A stretch of DNA of 32,000 bases from Mycolicibacterium smegmatis (GTDB lineage: Bacteria; Actinomycetota; Actinomycetes; Mycobacteriales; Mycobacteriaceae): assembly GCF_001457595.1 (NCBI RefSeq), contig NZ_LN831039.1:4380001-4412000 (forward strand). The letters are read 5' to 3'. Below, in pieces: positions 17,916-25,594 of this stretch (positions are counted from its first letter, which is position 1; every line of letters begins with the position of its first letter). Under the pieces are notes generated by a model. The model was not told where the DNA came from, ran no database searches, and saw only the letters and a program-made list of their open reading frames with translations. A program made the position numbers and the translations under genes.

Positions 17916-19056
17916 GTTCTTCCAAACTCTCGACATTCCATGGATCGGTACGGACCTCGCAGACCCGCACCGGCAGTGCGTCCGAAAAATGCTTGCGCAG
18001 CACGCCCGCGGCCTGCGCGCACCACGGGAACTCGCTGGCCCAGTGCGCCACATCGACCAGCGCGACGTCCGAGGCCCTGCGGTGCTCGTCGGCGGGATGG
18101 TGCCGAAGATCGGCTGTGACATAGGCCTGCACACCGGCCGCGGTCACAGCGCCCAGCAGCGAGTCGCCCGCTCCCCCACACACCGCGACGCGCGACACCA
18201 CGGCATCCGGATCACCCGACGCGCGCACGCCCCACGAGGTCGGCGGCAACGCCGCGCGCACGCGCCTGACGAACGCCGACAACGGCTCCGGTTCGGGCAG
18301 TGACGCGATGCGGCCGATACCCACGTCACCGGGAATCGGCGCGAGCGGCAGGATGTCGAACGCGGGTTCCTCGTATGGATGCGCGGCACGCATCGCGGCA
18401 AGGACCTTCGCGCGCAGCCGTGCCGGCGCGATCACCTCGACGCGGTCCTCGCTCACCTGCTCCACGGTGCCCACCTCACCGATCGCGGGCGAGGCGCCGT
18501 CGTGCGGCAGGAACTGCCCGGTGCCCGCGACGCTCCAACTGCAGTGCGAGTAGTCACCGATGCGGCCCGCGCCCGCGGCGAACAACGCCTCGCGCAGCGC
18601 GTCGGCGTCGGCCGCGGGCACGAACACCACCCACTTGTCCAGGTTCGGCCCGGCCGCCACGGGCGAGAGCACGTCCTCGACACGCAACCCCAGCGTCTCG
18701 GCCAGCGCGTCGGACACGCCGGGATTGGCCGAGTCGGCGTTGGTGTGCGCGGTGAACAGTGCGCGCCCGGTGCGGATCAGCCGGTGGATCAGCGCGCCCT
18801 TGGCGGTGCTCGCGGCCACGGTGTCGACACCACGCAGCAGCAGCGGGTGGTGAGCGAGCAGCAGCCCGCGGTCGGGGACCTCGGCGATCACGTCGGCGGT
18901 GGCGTCGACCGCGATCGTGACCGACTCCACGGGTTCGTCGGGGTCCCCGCACACCAGACCGACCGAATCCCAGTCCTGCGCAAGTTGCGGCGGGTACGCC
19001 GCCTCCAGCACGGCGATCACGTCGGCCAGCCGCACGCCCGCCGATCGCGTGTTCAT
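17905..19056 (-). CDS. Nif3-like dinuclear metal centre protein (GTP cyclohydrolase 1 type 2 / YqfO family), Rv2230c-like (383 aa)
   Basis: Track ORF 17905..19575 is over-extended. The ATG at 19056 is preceded by GGAGG and gives [38 protein letters not shown]...LLLAHHPLL...TAHTNAD, the typical Nif3 motifs. Confidence 0.9.
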   Translation of the reverse strand: MNTRSAGVRLADVIAVLEAAYPPQLAQDWDSVGLVCGDPDEPVESVTIAVDATADVIAEVPDRGLLLAHHPLLLRGVDTVAASTAKGALIHRLIRTGRALFTAHTNADSANPGVSDALAETLGLRVEDVLSPVAAGPNLDKWVVFVPAADADALREALFAAGAGRIGDYSHCSWSVAGTGQFLPHDGASPAIGEVGTVEQVSEDRVEVIAPARLRAKVLAAMRAAHPYEEPAFDILPLAPIPGDVGIGRIASLPEPEPLSAFVRRVRAALPPTSWGVRASGDPDAVVSRVAVCGGAGDSLLGAVTAAGVQAYVTADLRHHPADEHRRASDVALVDVAHWASEFPWCAQAAGVLRKHFSDALPVRVCEVRTDPWNVESLEEHES

Positions 19057-19330
19057 CTCAGCACCTCCGTCACGGCATCCACCCGCGAGCCCACGAAAGT
19101 ACCGCAACGCCGCACGGCAATGCTCTTGCTTTGCCGATGTCGTCGCGGCAACTCTGTGTCCGGCACGGCGAACTGCACAAACGGCGCCCGCATGGGCGCG
19201 GTCGGCCACGCCGGTACGGCGGCCGCGCGGACGGCACGAGACGGTGGGCACGGCACCCCACGACAGTAGTGGTCGGCCGCCGTGACGGGCATCATCGGGC
19301 ACCGGTGCCGCGATCAGGGACAATCGGTGT

Positions 19331-20023
19331 GTGACCGATGTTGTGACTGGCCGCGTCAGCGAGCTGACCCCCGACACCCGCCCGCAGTTGGTGCTGTTCG
19401 ATCTCGACGGCACGCTCACCGACTCCGCGGAGGGCATCGTGTCGAGCTTCCGGCATGCGCTGCAGGCCGTCGGGGCACCCGTGCCCGACGGTGACCTGGC
19501 CTCACGGATCGTCGGCCCGCCCATGCACCACACGCTGAGCTCGCTGGGGCTCGGCGACCAGGCCGACGAGGCCATCGCGGCCTACCGCGCCGACTACACG
19601 TCCCGTGGATGGGCGATGAACAGCCTGTTCGACGGCATCCCGGCGCTGCTCTCGGATCTGCGAGCCGCGGGCGTCCGGCTGGCCGTCGCGACATCGAAGG
19701 CCGAGCCCACCGCCCGCCGGATCCTCGAGCACTTCGAGCTCGACGGCTACTTCGAGGTGATCGCAGGCGCCAGCCCGGACGGCACGCGCTCACTCAAATC
19801 CGAGGTCGTGGCGCACGCGCTGCGACAGCTGGAACCGCTGCCCGACCGCGTACTGATGGTCGGCGACCGGATGCACGACGTCGAGGGCGCCGCCGAGCAC
19901 GGTATCGACACCGTCGTGGTGGGCTGGGGCTACGGCGGCGCCGATTTCTCCGGGCCGGCCGCGGTGGTGGCCCATGCCCACGTCGAGACCGTCGAGGCAC
20001 TTCGCGGGGTGCTCGGTGTCTGA
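19331..20023 (+). CDS. HAD-superfamily hydrolase; positional counterpart of M. tuberculosis PtkA (Rv2232)
   Basis: HAD motif I is [13 protein letters not shown], motif II is VATSK and motif IV is [12 protein letters not shown]. It starts with GTG. It sits immediately upstream of and overlapping ptpA, as in M. tuberculosis. Confidence 0.8.
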   Translation: MTDVVTGRVSELTPDTRPQLVLFDLDGTLTDSAEGIVSSFRHALQAVGAPVPDGDLASRIVGPPMHHTLSSLGLGDQADEAIAAYRADYTSRGWAMNSLFDGIPALLSDLRAAGVRLAVATSKAEPTARRILEHFELDGYFEVIAGASPDGTRSLKSEVVAHALRQLEPLPDRVLMVGDRMHDVEGAAEHGIDTVVVGWGYGGADFSGPAAVVAHAHVETVEALRGVLGV

Positions 20024-20507
20024 GGTGCATGTGACGTTCGTCTGCTCGGGCAACATCTGCCGTTCCCCGATGGCCGAGAAGATGTTCGCCCACCAGATCG
20101 CCGAGCGCGGCCTGCGTGAGGTCGTGCGGGTCACCAGCGCGGGCACCGGTGGCTGGCACGCCGGCGACGGCGCCGACGAGCGTGCGTGCCTGGTGCTGGC
20201 CGACCGTGGCTACCCCACCGCGCACCGCGCCGCCGTCGTCGACGACGACCACCTGTCGGCCGACCTGGTGGTCGCCATGGGCCGCAACCACGCGCGGATC
20301 CTCGCCGACCTCGGGGTGGAGCCGGACCGGCTGCGCATGCTGCGCTCGTTCGATCCCCGCGCGGGCGCACACACCCCTGACGTCGAGGACCCGTATTACG
20401 GCACCCGCGACGACTTCGAGGCCGTCTTCGAGGTGATCGAGGCCGCGCTGCCCGGTCTTCACGACTGGGTCGACGAGGCCCTGGCCGCGAGAGGGATCGT
20501 GGCCTGA
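20016..20507 (+). CDS. ptpA: Low-molecular-weight protein tyrosine phosphatase (163 aa)
   Basis: The GTG at 20016 gives (M)[23 protein letters not shown], the CX5R(S) P-loop. DVEDPYYG supplies the general-acid Asp. The sequence is colinear with remembered Rv2234 and has the same 163-aa length. It overlaps the HAD gene by 8 nt. Confidence 0.9.
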   Translation: MSEVHVTFVCSGNICRSPMAEKMFAHQIAERGLREVVRVTSAGTGGWHAGDGADERACLVLADRGYPTAHRAAVVDDDHLSADLVVAMGRNHARILADLGVEPDRLRMLRSFDPRAGAHTPDVEDPYYGTRDDFEAVFEVIEAALPGLHDWVDEALAARGIVA

Positions 20508-21340
20508 TGCGCCGGCTCGGCTTTCTCCTGCGCCCGCAGTGGCTGGCGCTGATCGTCGTGGTGATCGCGTTCGCCTACCTGTGCTTCACGGTGCTCGCGC
20601 CGTGGCAGCTGGGCAAGAACACCAAGACCTCACGGGAGAACAGCCAGATCGCCAATTCGCTTCAGGCCGAACCGGTCCCGCTGACCGACATCCTGCCGCA
20701 CCAGGATTCCACCTCCGACGACCAATGGCGGCGGGTGACCGCGACGGGCCGCTACCTGCCCGAGGGACAGGTGCTCGCCCGGCTGCGCGTGATCGAAGGC
20801 GAACCCGCGTTCGAGGTTCTCACACCGTTCGCGGTCCAGGGCGGCCCGACCATCCTCGTCGACCGCGGATACGTGCGCCCCGTCGAGGGATCAGGGGTGC
20901 CCGCGATCGATCCGCCACCCACCGACACGGTGTCGATCACCGCGCGGCTGCGCGATTCGGAGGCCGTCGCGACCGGCAAGGAACCGTTCCGCGCCGACGG
21001 TGCGCTGCAGGTCTATTCGATCAACACCGGCCAGGTCTCCCAACTCACCGGGACACCGCTGGCCGGGTCGTACCTTCAACTCGTCGACGACCAGCCGGGC
21101 GGTCTGGGAGCGATCCCGCTGCCGCACCTGGACGCCGGGCCGTTCCTCTCCTACGGCATCCAGTGGATCGCGTTCGGCATCATCGCCCCGATCGGGTTGG
21201 GCTACTTCATGTATGCCGAGATCCAGCAACGGCGACGCGAACGCGCTGCGCAGGCGAAGAAGGACGCCGCGGGGCCCAAACCGGCGGCCGAACTCACACC
21301 CGAGGAGAAGCTCGCCGACCGCTACGGCAAGCGCCGCTGA
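20507..21340 (+). CDS. SURF1-family membrane protein (cytochrome oxidase assembly), Rv2235-like
   Basis: The sequence is MRRLGFLLRPQWLALIVVVIAFAYLCFTVLAPWQLGKN...ILVDRGYV, with a C-terminal TM helix. The ATG overlaps the ptpA TGA (TGATG). Confidence 0.85.
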   Translation: MRRLGFLLRPQWLALIVVVIAFAYLCFTVLAPWQLGKNTKTSRENSQIANSLQAEPVPLTDILPHQDSTSDDQWRRVTATGRYLPEGQVLARLRVIEGEPAFEVLTPFAVQGGPTILVDRGYVRPVEGSGVPAIDPPPTDTVSITARLRDSEAVATGKEPFRADGALQVYSINTGQVSQLTGTPLAGSYLQLVDDQPGGLGAIPLPHLDAGPFLSYGIQWIAFGIIAPIGLGYFMYAEIQQRRRERAAQAKKDAAGPKPAAELTPEEKLADRYGKRR

Positions 21341-22283
21341 GCCATCCCGCGGCCGCCACCGCCACCAGCGCGGCCGCGCCCTGCACGGCGCGCGAGAGTC
21401 GCACCGCCCTGCCGACATCCGCGACCTCGGGCGCGCGACCGTTCCCCAGCGACGGGCGGATCTCCAGCTGATGCGCGTACTGTGTCGGCCCACCGAGCCG
21501 CACGCCCAGCGCCCCGGCGAACGACGCCTCCACCACACCCGCGTTGGGGCTCGGATGACGCGCCGCGTCACGTCGCCACGCGCGCAACGCCGCGACGGGC
21601 GAGCCCCCCACCACCGGCGCGCACATCGCCACCAGCAGGCCCGTGACGCGGGCCGGCACGTAGTTCAGCACGTCATCGAATCGCGCTGCGGCCCAACCGA
21701 ACCGGAGATACCGCGGCGAGCGGTGGCCGATCATGGCGTCGAGGGTGTTGGCGCCGCGGTACACCAACACGCCCGGTACACCGGCGACCGCGGCCCACAG
21801 CAGCGGCGCGACCTGCGCGTCGGAGGTGTTCTCGGCCAACGATTCGACCGTCGCGCGGGTCAGGCCCGCGGCGTCCAGCGAGGCCGGGTCCCGTCCGCAC
21901 AACGACGGCACGAGCGCCCGGGCGCCATCCACGTCATCGGCGGCCAGCAGGTCCGCCATGCGATCACCGACGCGGTTGAGCGAGGTCCCGCCGAGCGCCA
22001 CGTACGTCGCGGCAGCCAGTCCCAGGTGTGGGCGGTTTCGGCGCTGCGCGGCCACCCCCAACAGCGCGAGACCCGCCAGCAGCAGGCCCGTGTGCGCCGT
22101 CCCCGCCGCCCGGTTGTCGCGATAGGTCAGGCGTTCCAGCCGTGCCGCGCCGGAACCGAACAGCGCGACGGGATGCCCTCGCCGCGGGTCGGCGAACACC
22201 AGGTCGGCGAGATACCCACACGCGATCCCCGCGGCCGTGCCCGCAACCACAGATCGGTTCCCCCGGCTACTCGACGCAAACAC
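21294..22283 (-). CDS. cobD: Adenosylcobinamide-phosphate synthase CobD/CbiB
   Basis: The sequence is (M)FASSS...RRGHPVALFG...SLCGRDP...ESLAENTSDAQVAPLLW...RYLRFGWAAARFDD...RHPSPNAGVVEASFAGALGVRLGG. It is colinear with remembered Rv2236c. The start is the GTG at 22283. The 3' end overlaps the convergent SURF1 gene by 47 nt. Confidence 0.9.
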   Translation of the reverse strand: MFASSSRGNRSVVAGTAAGIACGYLADLVFADPRRGHPVALFGSGAARLERLTYRDNRAAGTAHTGLLLAGLALLGVAAQRRNRPHLGLAAATYVALGGTSLNRVGDRMADLLAADDVDGARALVPSLCGRDPASLDAAGLTRATVESLAENTSDAQVAPLLWAAVAGVPGVLVYRGANTLDAMIGHRSPRYLRFGWAAARFDDVLNYVPARVTGLLVAMCAPVVGGSPVAALRAWRRDAARHPSPNAGVVEASFAGALGVRLGGPTQYAHQLEIRPSLGNGRAPEVADVGRAVRLSRAVQGAAALVAVAAAGWLSGACRSGRRASPRV

Positions 22284-22374
22284 CTCGGCAGCGTCTCACA
22301 CGGTTATCCACCCGCACACACGAGGCCGGGCCCACCGCTGTGCGCTGCACGCGGTGCCGGCCACGCCGTGCCGG

Positions 22375-22592
22375 GTCTTCAATCTCTTTGCCGCCACAGG
22401 CTTTCTACCGAACGAGTTCCGCGTCCGCATGACCCTCGACTGGTCCGCCGACCAGCAACGACGGTACGAAAAGTTGTTGCAGGTGCGGCGAATCGCCGAC
22501 CGCGTGATGCCCCGCGAGGCATGGTTGCTGGGGAACCAGCTGTACCTTTGGACATGCGGGTCCGAAATGTCGTTGGCAAAAGGATTGTCTGA
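22375..22592 (+). pseudogene. Possible 5'-truncated, frameshifted gene remnant upstream of the VOC gene
   Basis: One frame is protein-like: VFNLFAATGFLPNEFRVRMTLDWSADQQRRYEKLLQVRRIADRVMPREAWLLGNQLYLW, up to ~22551. After a 1-nt shift at TGGAC (22549-22553), the next frame reads DMRVRNVVGKRIV and ends with TGA 22590-22592, overlapping the VOC ATG (TGATG). There is no room for a full-length gene because cobD starts at 22283. Confidence 0.3.
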
Positions 22593-23008
22593 TGGTCGAA
22601 TCGAGCAGTGCTGCTCCCTCATTCCCCACCCTCAACCACGTCGCGGTGACCGTGCGTGACCTCGCGGTCAGCGGCCCGTGGTACCGCGCGCTGATCGGCG
22701 CCGACCCGGTGCTCGACGAGCGCACCGACGCCGGTTTCCACCACATCGTGTGGGCGCTTCCCGGCGGCACCCTGTTCGGTATCCACCAGCACGACAAGCG
22801 CGCAGAAGCCGAGCAGTTCACCGAGTTCCGTGTCGGCCTCGACCACGTCAGCTTCGGCGTCGGCAGCCGCGATGACCTGCAGGTGTGGCAGAACCGGCTC
22901 GACGAACTCGGTATCGCCCACGGCGGCATCGTCGACGCCCCGTACGGGTCGGGTCTGAGTTTCCGCGATCCCGACGGCATCGCACTGGAGTTCTTCGCGG
23001 GGAACTGA
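22592..23008 (+). CDS. VOC-family (glyoxalase/bleomycin-resistance/dioxygenase fold) protein (138 aa)
   Basis: LNHVAVTVRDLAVSGPWY...GLDHVSFGV...GLSFRDPDGIALEFF shows the typical paired beta-alpha-beta-beta-beta modules. Confidence 0.85.
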   Translation: MVESSSAAPSFPTLNHVAVTVRDLAVSGPWYRALIGADPVLDERTDAGFHHIVWALPGGTLFGIHQHDKRAEAEQFTEFRVGLDHVSFGVGSRDDLQVWQNRLDELGIAHGGIVDAPYGSGLSFRDPDGIALEFFAGN

Positions 23009-23072
23009 ATCCCGCGCTCGGGGCGCATATCGGGAGTGTTCGCGGATAGGATCCTGCTTCGGAGGAACATCC

Positions 23073-23588
23073 GTGAAAAACCTGATACCCGCGGTGGCCG
23101 TGTCGACGGCGATCGGTTTCGTGGTCGGCGGGATGGAAGCGTCTGCCCCACCCGCCGAACCCGCGGCCAACCCGGCCCCGCCGTTGCCGGATCCGGGTGT
23201 CTACCTCGTCACCGAGACCGCGGCCGCCGAGCTTTTCGAACCGTACGACTGGTCGCTGTCGGATTGCGGACCAGGATGCTTGCATGTGCTGTCGCACTCC
23301 CCTGGTGCACCGGGGGCGTCGTGGGACATGGAGATGCCGTGGCTCGCCTCGGCCGATGACGCTCAGGGCGCCTGGGTGGGTGAACACACCAATCCGGGCA
23401 TGGTGTGCGACATCGGCACCCCCGAACAACGACAGACCGGCCCGGTGCGGATGAAGTACATCATCCGTCCCGATCTGACCGGGTTCGTCAACATGGGCTT
23501 CTCGCAGGACAATCCGTCGTGCGCGGGCGACACCGAACCGCGCAGCCGCAACCTGGTGCTGCGCCGCGCGCCGATGGTGTGGTCCTGA
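23073..23588 (+). CDS. Hypothetical secreted protein (171 aa, 4 Cys), no family recognised
   Basis: The GTG start is preceded by GGAGGAAC. The signal peptide is MKNLIPAVAVSTAIGFVVGGMEASA, followed by a Pro/Ala-rich linker. The Cys residues lie in CGPGC, VCDIG and SCAGD. Codon usage is coding-like (GC-rich third positions). Confidence 0.6.
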   Translation: MKNLIPAVAVSTAIGFVVGGMEASAPPAEPAANPAPPLPDPGVYLVTETAAAELFEPYDWSLSDCGPGCLHVLSHSPGAPGASWDMEMPWLASADDAQGAWVGEHTNPGMVCDIGTPEQRQTGPVRMKYIIRPDLTGFVNMGFSQDNPSCAGDTEPRSRNLVLRRAPMVWS

Positions 23589-23682
23589 ATTTTCCGCACC
23601 GGCTCACGTTTGGGCACTCGCGAACGTCTACAGGGTGTAAGCATCCGATATACGCGAGGAAACCGACAACCGTGAAGCAGAC

Positions 23683-24174
23683 ATGAAGGCCCCGTTCGAA
23701 CGCGTCGTCCAACGCCACGGCCCGGCGGTGCTGCGGGTGTGCACATTCGTGCTGGGGCCGCTCGACGCCGAAGACGCCTGGTCGGACACCTTTCTGGCGG
23801 CTCTGCGTGCCTATCCCGACCTGGCCGACGACGCCAACGTCGAGGCCTGGCTCGTGACCATCGCCCACCGCAAATGTGTGGACATCATCCGGCGTCGCGA
23901 ACGCGAAGCCCTCGCCATCGGTGATGTGCCGGATCGCCCGACCACTATCGGCGTGCCAGGCGCCGCCGACGACCAACTCACCTCCGCGGTGCGCGCACTG
24001 CCGCCCAAGCAGCGGCAGGCGGTGGCCTACCACTATTTCGTCGGCCTGCCGTACGCCGAGATCGCCGCACTGCTGGGCGGTACCGCCGACGCGGCCCGCA
24101 AGGCCGCCTCCGACGGAATCGCCACACTGCGAACCCATTATCCGGACGCCCTGCCGAAAGGAGCGCACCGATGA
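23683..24174 (+). CDS. ECF-type RNA polymerase sigma-70 family factor (163 aa)
   Basis: Region 2 is DAEDAWSDTFLAALRAY...WLVTIAHRKCVDIIRRRER. Region 4 is LPPKQRQAVAYHYFVGLPYAEIAALLGGTADAARKAASDGIATLR. Confidence 0.85.
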   Translation: MKAPFERVVQRHGPAVLRVCTFVLGPLDAEDAWSDTFLAALRAYPDLADDANVEAWLVTIAHRKCVDIIRRREREALAIGDVPDRPTTIGVPGAADDQLTSAVRALPPKQRQAVAYHYFVGLPYAEIAALLGGTADAARKAASDGIATLRTHYPDALPKGAHR

Positions 24175-24734
24175 ACGACACCCTGACCCGCCTGCACCGA
24201 CGCCTCGAACAGTCCGCGACCACTGATGGGCTGCTCGACGTCGCCTACACCACCGTCGACACTCCCGTGGGACCACTTCTTTTGGCCGCCACCGAGATCG
24301 GACTCGTGCGCGTCGCATTCGCCACCGAGGACCACGATGCCGTGCTGGACACCCTGGCGCAGCGGCTGAGCCCGCGGATCCTGCGCGCACCTCAACGCCT
24401 TGCCGATGCCGCACGGCAGATCGACGAGTATTTCGCCGGTGCGCGAACACAATTCGACGTTGCACTGGATCACTCACTGTCACACGGTTTCCGGCAGCTC
24501 GTGCAGCGCCGGCTGTCGCAGATCCCGTACGGGCACACCATGTCCTACAAGGATGTGGCCGAGATCGTGGGCAATCCCAACGCCGTTCGCGCGGTCGGGT
24601 CGGCATGCTCCACCAATCCCCTTCCGGTCGTGGTGCCGTGCCACCGTGTGCTGCGCTCCGACGGCAGCCTGGGTGGCTACATCGGTGGGCTGGGCGCGAA
24701 AACGGCGCTGCTGGAACTGGAGCGGGCGGCATGA
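24171..24734 (+). CDS. ogt: Methylated-DNA--protein-cysteine methyltransferase (O6-alkylguanine-DNA alkyltransferase)
   Basis: The C-terminal IPYGHTMSYKDVAEIVGNPNAVRAVGSACSTNPLPVVVPCHRVLRSDGSLGGY contains the PCHR active-site Cys. The N-terminal subdomain is VDTPVGPLLLAATEIGLVRVAF. The ATG overlaps the sigma-factor TGA (ATGA). Confidence 0.9.
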   Translation: MNDTLTRLHRRLEQSATTDGLLDVAYTTVDTPVGPLLLAATEIGLVRVAFATEDHDAVLDTLAQRLSPRILRAPQRLADAARQIDEYFAGARTQFDVALDHSLSHGFRQLVQRRLSQIPYGHTMSYKDVAEIVGNPNAVRAVGSACSTNPLPVVVPCHRVLRSDGSLGGYIGGLGAKTALLELERAA

Positions 24735-25444
24735 CCGATCGGTGGCGGGCCAGGGTCGACAGCGGTGACTGGCCCGCCATCGCGGCCGAACTCGACGAGT
24801 ACGGCGGCGCCCTGCTGCCTCGACTGCTCACCGCGGCCGAGACCGAGCGGTTGCGCGCGCTCTACGGCGACGACGAGCGGTTCCGCAGCACGATCGACAT
24901 GGTCCGCTACCGCTACGGCCAAGGGCAGTACCGCTATCTGCGCACGCCGTATCCCGAACCGCTCGAAGCGCTCAAACACGCGCTGTATCCCCGCCTGCTG
25001 CCCATCGCCCGCGAGTGGTGGACCAGACTCGGGCGCACCCCGCCGTGGCCCGACACCCTCGACGAGTGGCTCGACATGTGTCACCGCGCGGGACAGACCA
25101 AGTCGACGGCGATCCTGCTGCGCTACGGCGCAGGCGACTGGAACGCACTGCACCGCGACCTCTACGGAGATCTGGTGTTTCCGCTGCAGGTCGTCGTCAA
25201 CCTCAACGAACCGGGCCGCGACTACACCGGCGGCGAGTTCCTACTCCTCGAACAACGTCCCCGCGCGCAGTCGCGCGGCACCGCCACACAATTGCCCCAC
25301 GGCCACGGCTTCGTGTTCACCACACGCGACCGCCCGGTGCGATCGACGCGCGGATGGTCGGCCGCGCCCGTGCGCCACGGCGTGTCGGCCGTGCGCTCAG
25401 GAGAGCGCACGACGCTGGCCCTGGTGTTCCACGACGCCACCTGA
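24731..25444 (+). CDS. 2-oxoglutarate/Fe(II)-dependent oxygenase superfamily protein (237 aa), non-AlkB, of the kind found linked to ada/ogt genes
   Basis: The candidate metal ligands are HxD in NALHRDLYG and a distal His in PVRHGVS. The candidate 2OG-binding Arg is in SGERTTLALVF. The fold assignment is from motif pattern and memory only. The ATG overlaps the ogt TGA (ATGA). Track ORF 24605..25444 is over-extended. Confidence 0.7.
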   Translation: MTDRWRARVDSGDWPAIAAELDEYGGALLPRLLTAAETERLRALYGDDERFRSTIDMVRYRYGQGQYRYLRTPYPEPLEALKHALYPRLLPIAREWWTRLGRTPPWPDTLDEWLDMCHRAGQTKSTAILLRYGAGDWNALHRDLYGDLVFPLQVVVNLNEPGRDYTGGEFLLLEQRPRAQSRGTATQLPHGHGFVFTTRDRPVRSTRGWSAAPVRHGVSAVRSGERTTLALVFHDAT

Positions 25445-25450
25445 CTCTGC

Positions 25451-25511
25451 GCCGAGCGTGCGGTTTCATACGCGACACACCGCGTCAGGCGGATGAGATC
25501 GCACGCTCGGC
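25451..25511 (+). repeat. 61-bp hairpin-forming repeat, copy 1
   Basis: The sequence is GCCGAGCGTGCGgtttcatacgcgacacaccgcgtcaggcggatgagatCGCACGCTCGGC. It has 12-bp perfect terminal inverted arms and an inner ACGCG/CGCGT stem. It starts 6 nt after the oxygenase stop. It matches copy 2 at 58 of 61 positions by my alignment. Confidence 0.85.
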
Positions 25512-25594
25512 ACACAATCACGGCTTGCTCAGGGCCCCGCGGGGGTACTCCGAGACGTCAACAGACGTCGAGTCCCGGCCTTGAAGGGTTGATC

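Noticed and set aside
17905-19575. N-terminally extended versions of real genes (556-aa Nif3 ORF, 315-aa Zn-ribbon ORF, 382-aa crotonase ORF, 566-aa and 534-aa hydrolase ORFs, 278-aa TetR ORF, 279-aa oxygenase ORF, 306-aa FNT ORF)
   Set aside because: The extensions are Arg/Pro-rich, overlap upstream genes or intergenic DNA, and lack homology. Internal ATG/GTG starts give lengths and N-termini that match the families and have RBS or stop-start overlaps.
22284-22591. Possible cobalamin riboswitch or other cis-regulatory RNA next to cobD
   Set aside because: I could find no B12-box-like element and no conserved riboswitch core. The region lies upstream of cobD only in the sense of being adjacent to its start on the opposite side. 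One frame looks like decayed coding sequence instead.
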